From the IMG/VR virus record IMGVR_UViG_3300048831_000054, positions 1-62,151 of that record: 62,151 nt of DNA; one strand, written 5' to 3'. The number at the start of each line of letters is the position of its first letter. Position 1 is the stretch's first letter. Positions 1 through 9,558 of this stretch are shown here, one piece after another. Both the position numbers and the translations under genes were made by a program. This stretch comes from a virus. Taxonomy: Duplodnaviria; Caudoviricetes. Below the pieces are notes generated by a model. It was given only the letters and a program-made list of their open reading frames with translations, searched no databases and was not told where the DNA came from.

Positions 1-1735
1 GGCGGTACGAGCCGCCGTCGTACGGCAGGAACGACACGCCCGACATCTCATCGAAGTGCTCCCACACGAACGCCCCGACCGCAGGCCACTCCTTCTCAGT
101 CACGTTGATGGTGACAGATGGCTTGTGCTCGCAGTAGTGGCGCTGGAACACCAGCCAGAGCTTGAGGTGCTGGATGGCGGAGAGCTGCTCGCGCAGCAGC
201 GCGCCCTCTGGCGCCTTCTTCGGGAAGGTGAACACCGTCGTGCTGTCCGGCTTCATGACGTCTGGCTCGGCGGGAACGCCGGCGGCGATCATGAACTTGG
301 TCAGCGGGTCCTTGTTGTCGGCGCGGACGCGGCGGAAGTAGAACTTGGCGTGGCGCGCGTGCAGGCCGCTGGCGCTGTCTACCTTCTGGGACACCGTGCC
401 GGATGGCTTGATGCAGGTGATGGCGGCTGACTGCTGGATGCCGAGGACCTCTGCGAACTCCTTATTGGTCTCGACGGCGACCTGGCGCAGCTCCTCAAGG
501 CGGGCCGGCAGCTCTGGGTCATCTGGGTTGTTGAGCAGCGGGTTGTCCAGCACGCCGGTCATTGACACGCCCAGCAACCGCTCCTCTTCCGTGTTGTTCT
601 TCCAGATCTTGCGCAGGTACGGGAAGTGCGTCAGCGTGGACTGGTACGTGCCGAGGATGGTGGCGATGCGGAACTTCCTCTTCAGCGTCTCCATCGTGTC
701 CCACGCGCGCACCACAACTTCCGTGAGGTTGCAGAACTGATACGGCCGGAGGATGATCTCGCTGCACGGGTTGGTGCCGAACTCGAAGTCGAACTTGCGG
801 CGCCCGTTGCGCTTGACCACCAGCTTGGCGGCCTCGCGGTTGAAGATGCCTCGCTCGCCTGACTTCGACTCATAGAGTGACAGCCACTCCTGCATGAAGA
901 TGCCGACGTCCGGGCGCTCAGTGTAGCACGCGCTGTTGTTGGCCAGGGCCCGCTGCGGCTGGCTCTCCCACCAGGCGCCTGCCTTGGCGTGGCGCATGCG
1001 GTCGTCAGAGAGGTTGGACAGGGAGATCATGGCCGAGCGGCGCACGCCACCGACGACCACCACCTCACCGATCTTGCACATGATGTCGTGGCACTCGAGG
1101 CTGGTCAGCTTGCGGCCGGCGGCTGCCTTGAACGTCTTCGTGACGAACTTGAACAGCTCGATCAGCGGGCCTGGGCCAGAGGCACGGCCGCCGAACGTCT
1201 TCAGGCGAGCACCGGCAGGGCGCACCTTTGAGGTGTCCCACTTAGGCGCCTCACCCGAGTACAGCATGGCGATGAGCTGGCGCAGCGCCTTGGCCCAACC
1301 TTCCTTGCTGTCATGCACGACGATGATGGAGTCGCTGTCAAAGATCAGCTCAGGGATCTCAGGCAGCTTGGTGACGTACTGGCGCTCGACGCTGAAGCCG
1401 ACGCCGGTACCGCAGAGGAGGATGTACATGGCCTCGTCAAAGGCCTTCTGGTCGTCAATCGGCAGGTACGAGCAGTTGTAGCCGGCCGTGTTGTCGCGCT
1501 CGAGGGCGGGGCCAGCCGTCATGATGGCCCGCATCGATGGCATCACGTGGTCGCCCTCAACGTTGGACTGCAGCTCCTTCAGCAGCTCAGGTGGGATGGT
1601 GTAGGTGAACTTTTCAAGCAGGTGCTTCGAGATGAAGTCAAAGTAGCGTTGCGCCGACTCTGCCCAGTTCTCTCGCCGTTTCTTGTCATCAAGGTAGCGA
1701 GCGTACCGGGATTTGGAAATGAACGTCTCATACAT
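1..1735 (-). CDS. nrdJ: Class II (B12-dependent, RTPR-like) ribonucleotide reductase, truncated at the window start
   Basis: Not in the ORF track because it runs off the window. Read manually from ATG 1735: MYETFISKSRYARYLDD..MPSMRAIMTAGPAL..GYNCSY..LLCGTGVGFSVE..VGGVRRSAMISL..GERGIFN..GTNPCSEIILRPYQFCNL..TCVKPSGTVSQ. Confidence 0.92.
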   Translation of the reverse strand, partial: MYETFISKSRYARYLDDKKRRENWAESAQRYFDFISKHLLEKFTYTIPPELLKELQSNVEGDHVMPSMRAIMTAGPALERDNTAGYNCSYLPIDDQKAFDEAMYILLCGTGVGFSVERQYVTKLPEIPELIFDSDSIIVVHDSKEGWAKALRQLIAMLYSGEAPKWDTSKVRPAGARLKTFGGRASGPGPLIELFKFVTKTFKAAAGRKLTSLECHDIMCKIGEVVVVGGVRRSAMISLSNLSDDRMRHAKAGAWWESQPQRALANNSACYTERPDVGIFMQEWLSLYESKSGERGIFNREAAKLVVKRNGRRKFDFEFGTNPCSEIILRPYQFCNLTEVVVRAWDTMETLKRKFRIATILGTYQSTLTHFPYLRKIWKNNTEEERLLGVSMTGVLDNPLLNNPDDPELPARLEELRQVAVETNKEFAEVLGIQQSAAITCIKPSGTVSQKVDSASGLHARHAKFYFRRVRADNKDPLTKFMIAAGVPAEPDVMKPDSTTVFTFPKKAPEGALLREQLSAIQHLKLWLVFQRHYCEHKPSVTINVTEKEWPAVGAFVWEHFDEMSGVSFLPYDGGSYR

Positions 1736-1828
1736 TTTTCTCTCTCCAACAATATACAAAGATCCGCCACCAGAGCGGTCCCCTTTTTCTAGAGCAAAAG
1801 ATCCCCTCGACGCGTCACTGCGTCAAAA

Positions 1829-2410
1829 TTAACGCCACACTCTTTGGAGGGTAAAGTCTCTTACTTCAGATATCCTGCGCATCCACCCGTTCAGGAAGAT
1901 GGTCTGTGATGGGTCTCTCTCAACGATCCGCCTGTAGAAGGCCTCTCTCAAGTCAGCGATGTTATTTATGACGGCCAGCCCATTCGCGTTCCTGAGAAGT
2001 CCGAACGTTTCTGGACCAAGGACGCCGTCGACCGTCGCGCCGAGCGCCTGCTGCAGGAACTTGATCGCGCGTACCACCCCGTGGTTTACAGCGCCGTCGA
2101 AGTGGATGATTGTAAGCGGGTCTGACAGCTGGTCACAGCCTGAGCCCTCCCAGTACCGCACGTAGTAGATCTCCATCGTCTGGGCCAGGTCGAGCGCCGC
2201 CACGTTCACGTCAGGGTTGGCGTTCTGCGCCACGCCGTACTTCGTCTCACCGCCTCGGTCGGCGCGCTCGTTCACGTACCCTACCTTGCGCCGCTGCAGC
2301 GCCGTATCCATGGCGCCACGAATGACATCTGGGTCGGTGGGGTCCCAGTGGGCGCCCACCTCATACAGCATGGCATGGTTGAAGGCCTCGGTGAAGTCCC
2401 GTGGGTACAA
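1829..2410 (-). CDS. Endolysin, glycoside hydrolase family 108 with C-terminal peptidoglycan-binding domain
   Basis: Motifs GYVN..D.GGETKYGV, FDGAVNHG, LQQALG..VDGVLGPET and FLNGWMRR. TTG start at 2410 lies 5 nt after GGAGG (ORF track uses GTG 2416). Confidence 0.85.
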   Translation of the reverse strand: MYPRDFTEAFNHAMLYEVGAHWDPTDPDVIRGAMDTALQRRKVGYVNERADRGGETKYGVAQNANPDVNVAALDLAQTMEIYYVRYWEGSGCDQLSDPLTIIHFDGAVNHGVVRAIKFLQQALGATVDGVLGPETFGLLRNANGLAVINNIADLREAFYRRIVERDPSQTIFLNGWMRRISEVRDFTLQRVWR

Positions 2411-2414
2411 GCGC

Positions 2415-2440
2415 ACCTCCCTGAATCAGGGAGGTATTTA
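2415..2440 (-). promoter_or_regulatory. Late promoter TAAATA overlapping a hairpin that sequesters the endolysin RBS
   Basis: Perfect inverted repeat acctccctga-a-tcagggaggt (2415-2435) contains GGAGG; TAAATA at 2435-2440. Confidence 0.75.
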
Positions 2441-2451
2441 CCGGCGCCGTG

Positions 2452-2967
2452 TCAGTGGGTGAGTAGGTCACCGACGACCTTGCTGCCAATGTACTTGTGA
2501 AGGTCGTGCGGTCCGATGACGACGGCGAGCTGCAGGACGCTGCCGTTTGGCTGCGTCACGGGGCCGACTGGATGCACCAGCGCCGTGGCCTTGTTGATCA
2601 TTGGGTGCACCACTGAGATCCTGTCACTGTAGTCAATGACGCGGACCTCAAGCGTTCGCAGGTTCATCTCGGTCGGCGAGAAGGAGTAGGCGAAGTACTG
2701 CGTGGTCGCGCAGTTTGGCACCGGCACCGTGTCGAGCTGGTACGTCTCGTGGTCGGTCACGAGGATGTTCCAGCAGGACGGGACCCAGAACTCGAAGTTG
2801 TTAACGCGGATCTTCATCCCTGGGCCTGTCGTCTCCTCGAGGTAGGTGATCTTTGACTGCACGAAGTCGCACAGCGTCGCGCTGAATGACCAGTGGTACT
2901 TCACCATCACTGGCGCCGTCAGGCTGTCAATGATGTACGGCTTGCCGTAGTCCGGTAGAATTAGCAT
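2452..2967 (-). CDS. Hypothetical protein downstream of uvsW
   Basis: 171-aa ORF starting 1 nt after the uvsW stop; codon usage matches neighbours. Confidence 0.75.
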   Translation of the reverse strand: MLILPDYGKPYIIDSLTAPVMVKYHWSFSATLCDFVQSKITYLEETTGPGMKIRVNNFEFWVPSCWNILVTDHETYQLDTVPVPNCATTQYFAYSFSPTEMNLRTLEVRVIDYSDRISVVHPMINKATALVHPVGPVTQPNGSVLQLAVVIGPHDLHKYIGSKVVGDLLTH

Positions 2968-2968
2968 C

Positions 2969-4390
2969 TCACTCCTTTACCTTGAGAACCTGCTTCTTGG
3001 ATATTGGGTACCTGGCCTCGTTGTAGTACTTCTGGCGCTCCTTGAAGTGCTTTCGTGACCACTTCAGCTTGCTGTGAATGTCAACGACGTGGACCGCCTG
3101 CTTGTCGTCGGCCAGCCGCAGCCCCCGGCCGATGGACTGGATGGCCTTGATGAATGACTTCCCAGGGTCAACCATCATAAGGCAGAACACGCGGTCGATG
3201 CTGATGCCCGTTGACGCGATGCCTGCCGAGGCGATCACGATGAGGTCGTTGCGCTGCTCGAACATGTCGTAGTGCTCACGGCGCAGGTCCTTGGGTGAGT
3301 CACCGTAGAGGAACACGCAGTCCTTGATAAGCATTGACAGCTTCTTGCCGAAGTCGATCGAGTTCACCAGCACGAGCGTGTTGCCGTGGGCCGCGCACTT
3401 GGAGATGATGAGATTGGCGATGATCTCCATCCGCGCTGGCGACTTGGACACGAACGCCTTCTCGGCGGCGTAGTCAGGGAACTCCTCGTCGACGTACGTC
3501 TCATTGAGCTCGATCGGCTCGATCTCAAGCTTGGCGAGGTAACCATTGTCTATGAGCCATGAGGCCGGGATCTCCTTGAGGATCGGGCCGATTGCTGACT
3601 GCAGGGAGAGCTGGTCCGACTGCGGCTTGGGGAAGGTGCCAGTGACGCCGAACCGGAACGGGATGTGCTTGCCGTCCTCATTCAGCAGCTTCTGCGCGAC
3701 GCTCGCCTTGATGCCGTGGGCCTCGTCCCAGATCAAGACCTGAAAGTCACGCAGGATGGCTGGGTTGTACTGCAGCGCCTGCCACGTGGCCACGACGTTC
3801 GCCTTGGTCACGTCCTTCTGGTCGCCGCTGTAGCAACCTGTCTCGAGCCCAAGCGCTGCATACCACTCAGCCGTCTGGTCGACGAGGTCAGCTGACGGCA
3901 CGATGGTGATGGTGCGGTACTCGGCGCGTGAGTAGATGTAGGCGATGCCTGCGGTGATTGAGGTCTTCCCGGCGCCGGTGCCTGCGATGATGAAGCCGCT
4001 GCCAGCGTCGATGCACGCGTTGATGCACTCAACCTGGTAGGGCCGCAGCTTGAACTTCTTACCGTACACCTCACGGTGCAGGAACATCAGCTCAGTGGCC
4101 GACTCGGCCGGGTTGGGCCAGACCTTTCGGTGGTCGACCAGCTCTACCTCGTAGCCCCACCCCTCAAGGTAAGGCAGCACCTGTGAGAGCAGGCGCTGGT
4201 AGGTCTTGCCGGTCTTCTCGAAGAAGCGGATCTTGCCGTCCCACCTGCCTAGCTTGTAGGCAGGCATGAAGAAGTAGCCGTCGACGTGCACGCCGAACTT
4301 GTTCCACAGGAACTCGATGTCCTGCGGCTCAAGCCCTCCCAGCGTGCACCAGACCTCGTCCCTGACGGTAAGGACGCACCGCTTAGGCAT
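2969..4390 (-). CDS. uvsW: UvsW-like SF2 DNA helicase
   Basis: WDGKIRFF, LRPYQ, GTGAGKT, DEAH, GVTGT, STGISI, QSIGRGLR. Confidence 0.92.
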   Translation of the reverse strand: MPKRCVLTVRDEVWCTLGGLEPQDIEFLWNKFGVHVDGYFFMPAYKLGRWDGKIRFFEKTGKTYQRLLSQVLPYLEGWGYEVELVDHRKVWPNPAESATELMFLHREVYGKKFKLRPYQVECINACIDAGSGFIIAGTGAGKTSITAGIAYIYSRAEYRTITIVPSADLVDQTAEWYAALGLETGCYSGDQKDVTKANVVATWQALQYNPAILRDFQVLIWDEAHGIKASVAQKLLNEDGKHIPFRFGVTGTFPKPQSDQLSLQSAIGPILKEIPASWLIDNGYLAKLEIEPIELNETYVDEEFPDYAAEKAFVSKSPARMEIIANLIISKCAAHGNTLVLVNSIDFGKKLSMLIKDCVFLYGDSPKDLRREHYDMFEQRNDLIVIASAGIASTGISIDRVFCLMMVDPGKSFIKAIQSIGRGLRLADDKQAVHVVDIHSKLKWSRKHFKERQKYYNEARYPISKKQVLKVKE

Positions 4391-4964
4391 CGTTCAGGAA
4401 GACGTAGATGGTGTCGCCGGTGGTGTCGTAGGAGTCCTTGCCTCCGCCTGCAGTGAAGTGCCGGACGATATTGAGGTTGTGGATCAGCATTGACCAGCTG
4501 ATCTCCACGGGCTTGTTGTTGCCAGTGAGCGTCGTGACAGTGACGACAGAGAGGTACGATGACACCGTATTGATGAACTTCGTGATGCCGATCATCTCCT
4601 TGGGAGTGATTGGGTTTTTCTCCGTCAGCTCAAGCGTTGAGCCATCGCGCAGGACGATGACGTAGGAGATGTCGGTCTTCACGGTGCTGGCTCCTTGAAT
4701 GAAGTTCAACTTTGGGGTGGCACTTGACTTCGCCACGTTGACATTGATGGTGCCACCAGTCGGAGCGAAGACACCGCCTGTGCCCTGGTTGCCGCCCGCT
4801 GGCTGGTAGTTCCCGCCGCCAGCCGGGGCGAAGGGTTGGCTGCCATCATCGTCAATGATGATGGTGATGGTCCCGTCGTCGTTCAACGTGACGTCAGTAC
4901 CACCGACATTGGAGAAGTCGAACTCAAAGTCCTGGATGTCGTCCGCGTCGGCCTGCTGGTGCAT
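4383..4964 (-). CDS. Hypothetical protein with acidic N-terminus and Gly-rich linker
   Basis: 193-aa ORF with AGGAG RBS, between uvsY and uvsW. Confidence 0.7.
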   Translation of the reverse strand: MHQQADADDIQDFEFDFSNVGGTDVTLNDDGTITIIIDDDGSQPFAPAGGGNYQPAGGNQGTGGVFAPTGGTINVNVAKSSATPKLNFIQGASTVKTDISYVIVLRDGSTLELTEKNPITPKEMIGITKFINTVSSYLSVVTVTTLTGNNKPVEISWSMLIHNLNIVRHFTAGGGKDSYDTTGDTIYVFLNDA

Positions 4965-4974
4965 GGTTGCTCCC

Positions 4975-5439
4975 TTAAAGAATCGCGTCCTGCAGCTCAG
5001 CGACGCGCAGTTTCGTGATGTGCGAGATCATCCAGCCCAGCTGCTTGAGGGCCTCAACGATGGCTCCCGCCTGGTCCTTGTGCAGCTTCACCTCGATCAG
5101 GATCTGGTTGAGCTCAACGATCTCTGGCTCACCGGCGATGTACGCCTGGATGTCCCGCGTCGAGAGCTGCCGTGAGTAGCCCTCGTTGTACTTCTTCCAC
5201 AGGCGCGACGTGACCTTCTCCTTCAGGTTCAGTACCCAGTCCTCCAGTGCCTTCAGCTCTTGGTGCGTCTGGTCGTAGCTCGACTGGTAGTGCGGCAGCG
5301 TTCGCGCGATCTCCTCCAGCCGCCTGCCCTCGACCTTGAAGATCGGCGCGGCGGCCTGGATCTTCTCCTCGTAGGAGGGCAGCACTGAGGCGAACTCAGT
5401 GAGCTTGTCTGACTCGAACTTCATGAGGAACGACACGCT
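4975..5439 (-). CDS. uvsY: UvsY-like recombination mediator
   Basis: Helical protein with KKYNEGYSRQLSTRDIQAYIAGE and C-terminal GWMISHITKLRVAEL; located next to uvsX/uvsW. Start uncertain. Confidence 0.75.
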   Translation of the reverse strand, partial: SVSFLMKFESDKLTEFASVLPSYEEKIQAAAPIFKVEGRRLEEIARTLPHYQSSYDQTHQELKALEDWVLNLKEKVTSRLWKKYNEGYSRQLSTRDIQAYIAGEPEIVELNQILIEVKLHKDQAGAIVEALKQLGWMISHITKLRVAELQDAIL

Positions 5440-5680
5440 ACCTCCTAATGACGATCTCACGACTCTCAGCGTCGTAGTCGATCAGCAAGTTTTCAATCAG
5501 CAGCGCGCCCTCGTTGATGACTATGAGGGGGTCGGCATTGACAATTATACCACCAGCACTGCCGCCGGAAAACGGCGTGAAGTGAAAGAGGCTGTTCGGT
5601 GCCAGGTGAATGTTCACGCCAGTGTACCCACCGCTCCTCAACAGGTCGGAGATCTTCTGGCGCGCGGCGGCGGTGATCAT
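5438..5680 (-). CDS. Small protein with HesB/IscA-like N-terminus, no cysteines
   Basis: MITAAARQKISDLL...LLIDYD resembles the IscA/HesB pattern. Confidence 0.45.
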   Translation of the reverse strand: MITAAARQKISDLLRSGGYTGVNIHLAPNSLFHFTPFSGGSAGGIIVNADPLIVINEGALLIENLLIDYDAESREIVIRR

Positions 5681-5690
5681 CGTGGGTGAG

Positions 5691-5721
5691 AAAAACGGGT
5701 CCAGGCGCGGGGCCTGGACCC
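5691..5721 (-). terminator. Rho-independent terminator
   Basis: Minus strand gggtccaggc-cccgc-gcctggaccc followed by gttttt. Confidence 0.75.
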
Positions 5722-5754
5722 TAAGTAGCTCTCGAAGAGGAGAAACGTGAGAGC

Positions 5755-5946
5755 TTATTCCTTGTCGGCGGGGACCAGGCTCAGGTCACCGATGACCTCC
5801 TTGACGCGCTTGAACAGCTTACCTGGGCTGTTCAGCACCTCACGCGTGGTCTCAGTGAACTCACCGGTCTCGCCCTTCGATGGGTAGGTCAGGATGAACC
5901 CGCCCTTGACGACGTCGATCGTGACTGCTTCTCCGTAGCTATTCAT
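5755..5946 (-). CDS. Small hypothetical protein (63 aa)
   Basis: MNSYGEAVTIDVVKGGFILTY...; ATG overlaps the uvsX stop region. Confidence 0.7.
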   Translation of the reverse strand: MNSYGEAVTIDVVKGGFILTYPSKGETGEFTETTREVLNSPGKLFKRVKEVIGDLSLVPADKE

Positions 5947-7012
5947 CCTTCTCTCCTTCCTTTGCTTCCTCAGTCCAGGACTCTTTATCGTCCATGAGCT
6001 GGAGGACATTGCGTTCGGCCTCGACCACGATCGGGTGGCTGAGGATCTTCTTGACCAGCTCGGCGTCAAGGTGCTTGGTCTGGAACTTGATGGGGTCCTG
6101 ACCCGGCAGCTCGACTGACTTCCAGGACCCAGCCGTCTTGACGACGCCCATGTCCTCCATCATGTCGAGGAAGCCTGAGTAGGGGTCCATGCCTGCGTCC
6201 CACGGGACCTCGACCTCGGTCTTCTGACCGACCTGCGCGAAGCGGGACTTGTAGGTCTCGACCTTCATGCGCACGCCGACCACCTCGGTACCTTCCTTCA
6301 GCTTGGCAGGGACGATGAGGAGGATCTGCGACGCCGAGTAGCGGATGGCGTTGTTGATGATCCAAAGGCCCTGGCCATTCATGAGGTCAGTGTTCGGGAA
6401 GACCTGGTGTGTCAGGCAGAATGCCATCGGCCCGCGCTTGATGCGCGACACGATGGTGCGCAGCATGTGCTTCGCCTGCTTGGCGCGCTGGCCTTGGTCG
6501 CCCTTCTGCACGCCCGACTTGAAGTGCTCGTCCTCGCTGTCGGTGATGAGCATGTCGAGTGAGTCCAGCGCGATGATGACGCGCGGGGCGTCAAAGTTGC
6601 GCATGCCGTACGACTTCTCGTACTGCCCGATGAACTCAGACACGACGTTGACGACGTCGTTGAACGTGGTCACGCCGGCGTACATGAACTTGTCCTCAGA
6701 CACGTCCATGCCGATGCGCTTCAGCCAGCCAATGTCGAGCGCATTCTCGCTGTCAAGCAGCAGGATAAAGGCGCCCTCTGCCTGCGCGTTCTTCAACGCG
6801 TTGCACAGGATGAACGACTTGCCAGCGCCGGACGGGCCGGCGAAGCAGGTGACGCGCCCCTGTGGGATGCCACGCGTGAAGCTGCCAGAGATCCGCTTGT
6901 TGAGCGCCAGGTTGCCAGTACTCGCCCAGAAGCGGGGCGGGCTGAAGTCCGTGATGATGTTGTCCATCTTGGACACGGTCTTCTTGAAGTCCTTGAGAAA
7001 GGAAAGCGTCAT
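5939..7012 (-). CDS. uvsX: UvsX/RecA-like recombinase
   Basis: STGNLALN, GIPQGRVTCFAGPSGAGKS, LDSENA, IALDSL, KSRF. Confidence 0.93.
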   Translation of the reverse strand: MTLSFLKDFKKTVSKMDNIITDFSPPRFWASTGNLALNKRISGSFTRGIPQGRVTCFAGPSGAGKSFILCNALKNAQAEGAFILLLDSENALDIGWLKRIGMDVSEDKFMYAGVTTFNDVVNVVSEFIGQYEKSYGMRNFDAPRVIIALDSLDMLITDSEDEHFKSGVQKGDQGQRAKQAKHMLRTIVSRIKRGPMAFCLTHQVFPNTDLMNGQGLWIINNAIRYSASQILLIVPAKLKEGTEVVGVRMKVETYKSRFAQVGQKTEVEVPWDAGMDPYSGFLDMMEDMGVVKTAGSWKSVELPGQDPIKFQTKHLDAELVKKILSHPIVVEAERNVLQLMDDKESWTEEAKEGEKDE

Positions 7013-7063
7013 AGGTAACTCCTTAGAGAGAGGAGGGCGGCCAAGACCACCCTCCTGTTAGAG

Positions 7064-7933
7064 TTACTTCGCGGCCTGAGCAGCCTTCGCGCGGGCGCGC
7101 AGCTGCTCAAGGACGGACGACGTGCTCTTCGTTGGCTCAGCTGCTGCTACGGGAGCCGTGGCGGCAGGTGCCTCCTCGGTCTTGACCGCAGCGACGGCGG
7201 CCAGCACTTGGGCCGGCGCGGCCTCTTCCTCGTCCTCATCCTCGGCCTTGAAGGCCTTGCCCGTCTGGTCAGCGATGAGCATCGCCTCCAGTGTGGCGCG
7301 GTCGATCTGCTTGGTGCGGAACGTCTTGAGGTCGTACAGCTCGATGCGCTCGATGATGGAGTCATCGAGGTCCGTCTGCTTCGGCGCGAAGTTGGACGTC
7401 GTGTACGAGTTCTGGCCGGAGCCTGTCTTCGTCTTGCGGAAGCGGAAGTTGTAGCCGCCCTTCAGCTCGAAGGGAGCCTCTTCCAGGTCACCAGACTGGA
7501 ACGCCGCCTGGATCTGCTTGAAGACCTGCGGGCCGAACTCAACCAGCTTGACGAGCTGGGACTGGTCGTGCTCGATCGGCGACTCGATCACGATGACCTG
7601 GCCGATGTAGCCCTTCTTCTTGTAGTACTTCTTGCCCATCGCCTCGTTCTCTTCGTCGTAGTACTTGCGCGCGAGGTCGCACACTGGGCAGGACTCGCCG
7701 TACATCGAGAGGCAGGGGACCTTCTTCTTCTCACCGTTGACGATGAGCTCGTGATTGAGGTTCTCAACCAGGAAGCCGAGGGGGTTCTCCTCGTCCAGGT
7801 CAGGCAGGAAGCGCACGACTGCGGTCGCACCTTCTTCCATCTTCCAGAAGGGGTAGAAAAGTTTCCAGGAGGGGTCTCCACCGCCGGTCTTCTGGGTGAA
7901 GGAGGCTTTCAGGGCGTCGAGGGATCGTTTCAT
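7064..7933 (-). CDS. gp32: gp32-like single-stranded DNA-binding protein
   Basis: VRFLPD, Zn ligands H..C.SMYGESCPVC, GYNF, Y..S.F, acidic/Ala-rich tail. Confidence 0.88.
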   Translation of the reverse strand: MKRSLDALKASFTQKTGGGDPSWKLFYPFWKMEEGATAVVRFLPDLDEENPLGFLVENLNHELIVNGEKKKVPCLSMYGESCPVCDLARKYYDEENEAMGKKYYKKKGYIGQVIVIESPIEHDQSQLVKLVEFGPQVFKQIQAAFQSGDLEEAPFELKGGYNFRFRKTKTGSGQNSYTTSNFAPKQTDLDDSIIERIELYDLKTFRTKQIDRATLEAMLIADQTGKAFKAEDEDEEEAAPAQVLAAVAAVKTEEAPAATAPVAAAEPTKSTSSVLEQLRARAKAAQAAK

Positions 7934-7979
7934 GGTTCAAACTCCTTGTGCAAAGGTTCAAAATGCAAACAGTGAAAGT

Positions 7980-8140
7980 ACGTAAGCACTTGCTTACGCA
8001 TCACTATTTATAGTGGCCGCTCAATCGAGCGTCCCTGTCAGCGGAGGGAAAGAAGGCCCGCCAGGACGGCGGGCCTCAAGTCAGCGGAGTTACTAAGAGA
8101 TGCAAGAACTATTCTAACACCCTGGCGGGTGCAGAAAACT
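7980..8140 (-). promoter_or_regulatory. gp32 leader with sigma70-like promoter, hairpins and TATAAATA late promoter
   Basis: TAGAAT at 8111-8116; hairpin 8054-8076; TATAAATA at 8005-8012; hairpin cgtaagca-ct-tgcttacg 7981-7998. Confidence 0.65.
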
Positions 8141-8922
8141 TACAGCCCACCGGCGGCGATCAGCTCCTTGATGAGCGGCTTCGTCGCCTGCCCGAACTCG
8201 CGGATCCAGCTGTCAGGCAGGCCCTGCTCGCGCCGCCGGTTCATCACCAGCTGGAGCGCGGCCGACTCAATCGCACCTTGGCCGCGCGTGCGAGGCACGC
8301 CCTCAAACGGCTCGAGCGTGCCCTCGTGGAACGTGACCTCACCGTTCTCAAGCAGCATTGTCACCACTGGCGCGCTGTTAGGCTCACCCTGCTCGGCGTT
8401 CATCAGCGTCAGCCAGAGCTTGACGTAGGGGAACGCCGCGCCGATGGTCTCCAGGTCAGTGGCGACCTCCTTCACCTCGGGCCACTTGCCGACGTTGTCA
8501 CAGTGGTAGATGCGCCCGTCAGGGTGGCACCAGCCGTAGGGGCCGTAGATGTACGCGCACGACGCCCAGCTGTTGGTGACGTACTCGGTCACCACCATCT
8601 TGAGCCGGTGCTTCAGCTCCTGCTCAACCTGCCATACCTTCTGCTGCCGCTCGCGTCGCTCGTCGGTCCACTCACCGCCAGCACCGTAGTCGTTGAGCTT
8701 GGTGATCAGGTCGTAGCCGAGCTCCTGCCGCGCCCACTCGTTCCACGCGTGGTTGTTGCCACCAGCGTACGGGCTGAAGTTCTGCAGGAAGTAGTCAGTG
8801 CGAAAGATGATGTCCTTCGCCTGTTCCGGCGTCACGGCAGGCCCGGTGATCAGGCACTGCGGCCACTTTGGCAGGCCGCGCGCGAGCGCGGCAACACGGT
8901 CGATCTTAAGCATAGAGGTCAC
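8140..8922 (-). CDS. Hypothetical phage protein
   Basis: 260-aa ORF (GLPKWPQCLITG, GPYGWCHPDG, NVGKWP); function not recognised. Confidence 0.75.
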   Translation of the reverse strand: MTSMLKIDRVAALARGLPKWPQCLITGPAVTPEQAKDIIFRTDYFLQNFSPYAGGNNHAWNEWARQELGYDLITKLNDYGAGGEWTDERRERQQKVWQVEQELKHRLKMVVTEYVTNSWASCAYIYGPYGWCHPDGRIYHCDNVGKWPEVKEVATDLETIGAAFPYVKLWLTLMNAEQGEPNSAPVVTMLLENGEVTFHEGTLEPFEGVPRTRGQGAIESAALQLVMNRRREQGLPDSWIREFGQATKPLIKELIAAGGL

Positions 8923-9469
8923 TCGTGAAGTTAAGGTTGCTGTTGTCGACGGTGCCGTCGACGACGATCAGCTCATCGCACTCGGTACCGAACATGAGGC
9001 CTTCCTGTCGCATGTACATCGCGCGCACGGCCTCCTCAGGCACTGACTTGTCGGCGCGTGACGCCTGCCGCGCGATCACCACTGCCAGCGGCGCCAGCAC
9101 CTCGACGCCAGTGATCGTGAACTTCTTCGCGCGCAGGTCATTCACCCAGCGGGCGCGCGACTTGCGCGTCAGGTTCGTGTTGTCGACGATCACCACGTCA
9201 TTCTCGGTGATGGCCTGGTTCCAGCGCTTCGTCACGTACTCGCTGAACAGCTGCGGGTTGTCGTTCGCGAACTTGAACGCCTCGGCGTACGCGCGCTTCG
9301 GGCAGCCGTGCTGCTGGTCCCACAGGTCCAGGCGCACCTGGTCCAGCGAGAAGATCGTCAGCTTCGGGCGGTTCACCCACGCGTACGGGCGCGTGATGAG
9401 GTCAACAACCGTCGACTTGCCTGAGCCCGACGGCCCGACCATCAAGAACGCCTGTTTTCTCCAAGCCAT
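8906..9469 (-). CDS. Polynucleotide-kinase-like P-loop kinase (AAA_33)
   Basis: MVGPSGSGKST, SLDQVR, VIVDNTNLTRKSR, RQASRADKSVP; ATG at 9469 with AAGGA RBS. Confidence 0.85.
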   Translation of the reverse strand: MAWRKQAFLMVGPSGSGKSTVVDLITRPYAWVNRPKLTIFSLDQVRLDLWDQQHGCPKRAYAEAFKFANDNPQLFSEYVTKRWNQAITENDVVIVDNTNLTRKSRARWVNDLRAKKFTITGVEVLAPLAVVIARQASRADKSVPEEAVRAMYMRQEGLMFGTECDELIVVDGTVDNSNLNFTSDLYA

Positions 9470-9558
9470 GTTAGTTTCCTTGTTCCGAGACGCACCGCTT
9501 CGGCTGCAGCGTCTGACGGCGGCAAGCGCAAGCAGCACTGCAATTTGATTCCAGAAGT

